Positions 62,178-64,000 of a stretch of 64,000 bases of DNA are shown here, one piece after another. The position numbers and the translations under genes were made by a program. How positions within the stretch are numbered: position 1 is the stretch's first letter; the number at the start of each line of letters is the position of its first letter. Source of the DNA: Phaeosaccion multiseriatum (taxonomy: Eukaryota > Protista > Ochrophyta, other classes). The stretch covers positions 5,704,001-5,768,000 of the forward strand of contig OZ218952.1 of the NCBI GenBank assembly GCA_965112735.1, in the 5' to 3' direction. The notes below the pieces were generated by a model. It did no database searches. It was not told the DNA's origin and saw only the letters and a list, made by a program, of their open reading frames with translations.

Positions 62178-64000
62178 ATGGGGGAATCCCGTACCAAGCT
62201 GCTGTCGAATCACCACCACCAGCGCCGGTGGCTGCAGTCTGTCAATGATGCAGGTGCGTCGTGTCGCTGGAAGACCAAGCACACACGTGCTTGTTCGGTG
62301 ATGTGCAACGAAACAACCTCCCTACCTTGCCTTCCTCCTCTCCAGACATGGTGCAGTTCTTTGGCGACGACCAGTTCGACGCCAACGACTATACAAGGGC
62401 CTTCTTTGAGCGGAACGAAGCGGCCAAGGCAGACGCTCGGTGCAGCGAGCTGGGAGAACTAAAGCGGCAGACGGAGGAGGTCAGTAGAAACTGCTGGACC
62501 AGGGGTTGGTGTCCGCTGTGGCGCTGAGTAATAGCCATTGCTGTTGTTATTGTTACCATCTCTCCAGGCTCTGCGAAAGGAGGTGGTGCTGAACTATAGG
62601 ACATTCATGCACGCCACTGAACAAATTCAGAGCATGGAGGGCGACATCGACACTCTAAAGGTACGGACGTTCCCTTGGGCCTTCAGTCTCTGTAGCTTGT
62701 TTGCTCCCTCGAGAGCATGCTCTCAATTTGCCACATACGGTCTCACTTGGTGTTGGCGTGTTCTGCAGTCGCTATTGGGCTCTGCGCAAGGCACCCTTGA
62801 CGCCTTCCGGGACGTCCGCTTCGTGCCTCCCGCCGACAAGGACCGGCCCAAGATGGGGGGCTGGAAGGACGCCAACGGTACGAGCTGCACTTTGCTCCAA
62901 GAAAGCCTCATGCTTGCCTTGTCGCCGCTTCTCTTTTGTCCTGACCGCTTGCTTCACACCAAACACTCATCTCCTTCTCTCTCCTCTCCCCTGCGAAACC
63001 TCTGGGGGCCGCAGCCGCCGCGCCGCCTGCCGCTGGGGAAACCTCCCCTCGGGGCGGTAGCAGCACCAGTGCTGTGAGCAGCACCAGCCTGTCGCAAGAC
63101 AACAGGGCATCGCTCATGCGAGAGTTTGGCAACTTGCAGCACGGCGGTGGAGAGTTCGGCAAGCTCAAGCCGGGGGCAGGCAGCGTCATTGCCGGAAAGG
63201 GCCGCCTCGAGTCTGCACGAGACCTCAAACTGCCACAGTGGCTCGACAGGGCACCGACAGAGGTTCGTTCGTTTGTTGATCGCTCACGATCCCCGTGTGG
63301 GTGGGAGCAAGGAATACGTTGAGTGGTGCCACTTGCAAACAAATCACCTCGTGATTCGCCTCGGGAACGAATTTATGTGATGCCCTTTGACAGCTGGAGG
63401 AGCTGCTGCTGGAGCGCAAGCACTATGATGCGAATAAGCTGATTTTGAAGGTAAGCCGGGTCATGTGTCCTTCGTGCCATGTGGTAATCATTCACGGCGC
63501 GTACTCCATGTCTACCCCACACAGGTGCGCGAGTTCTCCTCCAACGTGCACAGTGCACGCAACTTGGGGACCATGGTGGGGCAGATCTTCAGCCGAGTGG
63601 AGGAGATGGCCCTTGCGCTTGCCTCTCGGCTGCTGTACGACATCGCTAAATGCAACATGTTCACGGCGTGGGGCTTCAGAGAGCACAAGAAGAACTTTGC
63701 GCTGCTCATCGCCCTCGGCCACGGAGACGCGGCCGCCAGAGCCTTTGCTCAGGTGTGTGTCGTCGTGCTCGTCGTGTCATTTGGGGTCGCCTCTCTTTCC
63801 TTTCGTCGTGTCAATCGTCCCTTCTCTCTTTCCTCTCGCCTTGTCAATTGGGCCCTCCGGTCCTGTCCTTGTTCCGTCGGCCCCGATCTCATGTGAGAGT
63901 GCCCCCCCTTTCTTTCTTCACAGGAGCGCACTTCCCTCATCCGGAGGAGGATGCGCATGGTGGAAGCCAACGCAGACCCTCTGAGCTACGTCTCACAGGT
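62178..64000 (+). CDS. EXO84: Exocyst component Exo84/EXOC8-like (Vps51-type N-terminus), 3' end beyond the window
   Basis: F.DDQFDANDY..LRKEVVLNYRTFMHATEQIQSMEGDI; LPQWL..APTELEELLLERKHY.A; LIALGHGDAAARAF..RSALL-like segment. Confidence 0.75.

Overview
This is a GC-rich, intron-rich eukaryotic nuclear segment, most likely from a stramenopile (ochrophyte-type alga), inferred from gene content and targeting signals. About 16 spliced protein genes are recognisable: a 4-RRM Gbp2/hnRNP-M-like protein, RPL23, a BAF-like protein, Rab7, a probable SLF2/FAM178-like protein, an RGS-domain (GRK-like) kinase, an RNI-type LRR protein, a UPF1/IGHMBP2-like helicase, MARCH6/Doa10, MYG1, RPL13, a large coiled-coil protein, a signal-peptide-bearing SEY1/RHD3-like protein, FHIP/FAM160, NMD3 and Exo84. 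Many are arranged as tight head-to-head pairs. Two gene-poor islands each centre on a tRNA gene. The first (25.4-27.1 kb) has a tRNA-Pro whose 5' acceptor strand is missing upstream but present just downstream. The second (45.2-53.5 kb) has an intron-containing tRNA-Ser, two inverted copies of a long hairpin element, a deleted Ty3/gypsy chromovirus, a triple Myb-like ORF, two copies of a LINE/SINE-like 3' end and a ~880-bp (CACT)n tract. All assignments come from manual motif reading without database searches, and exon boundaries are manual and partly approximate.
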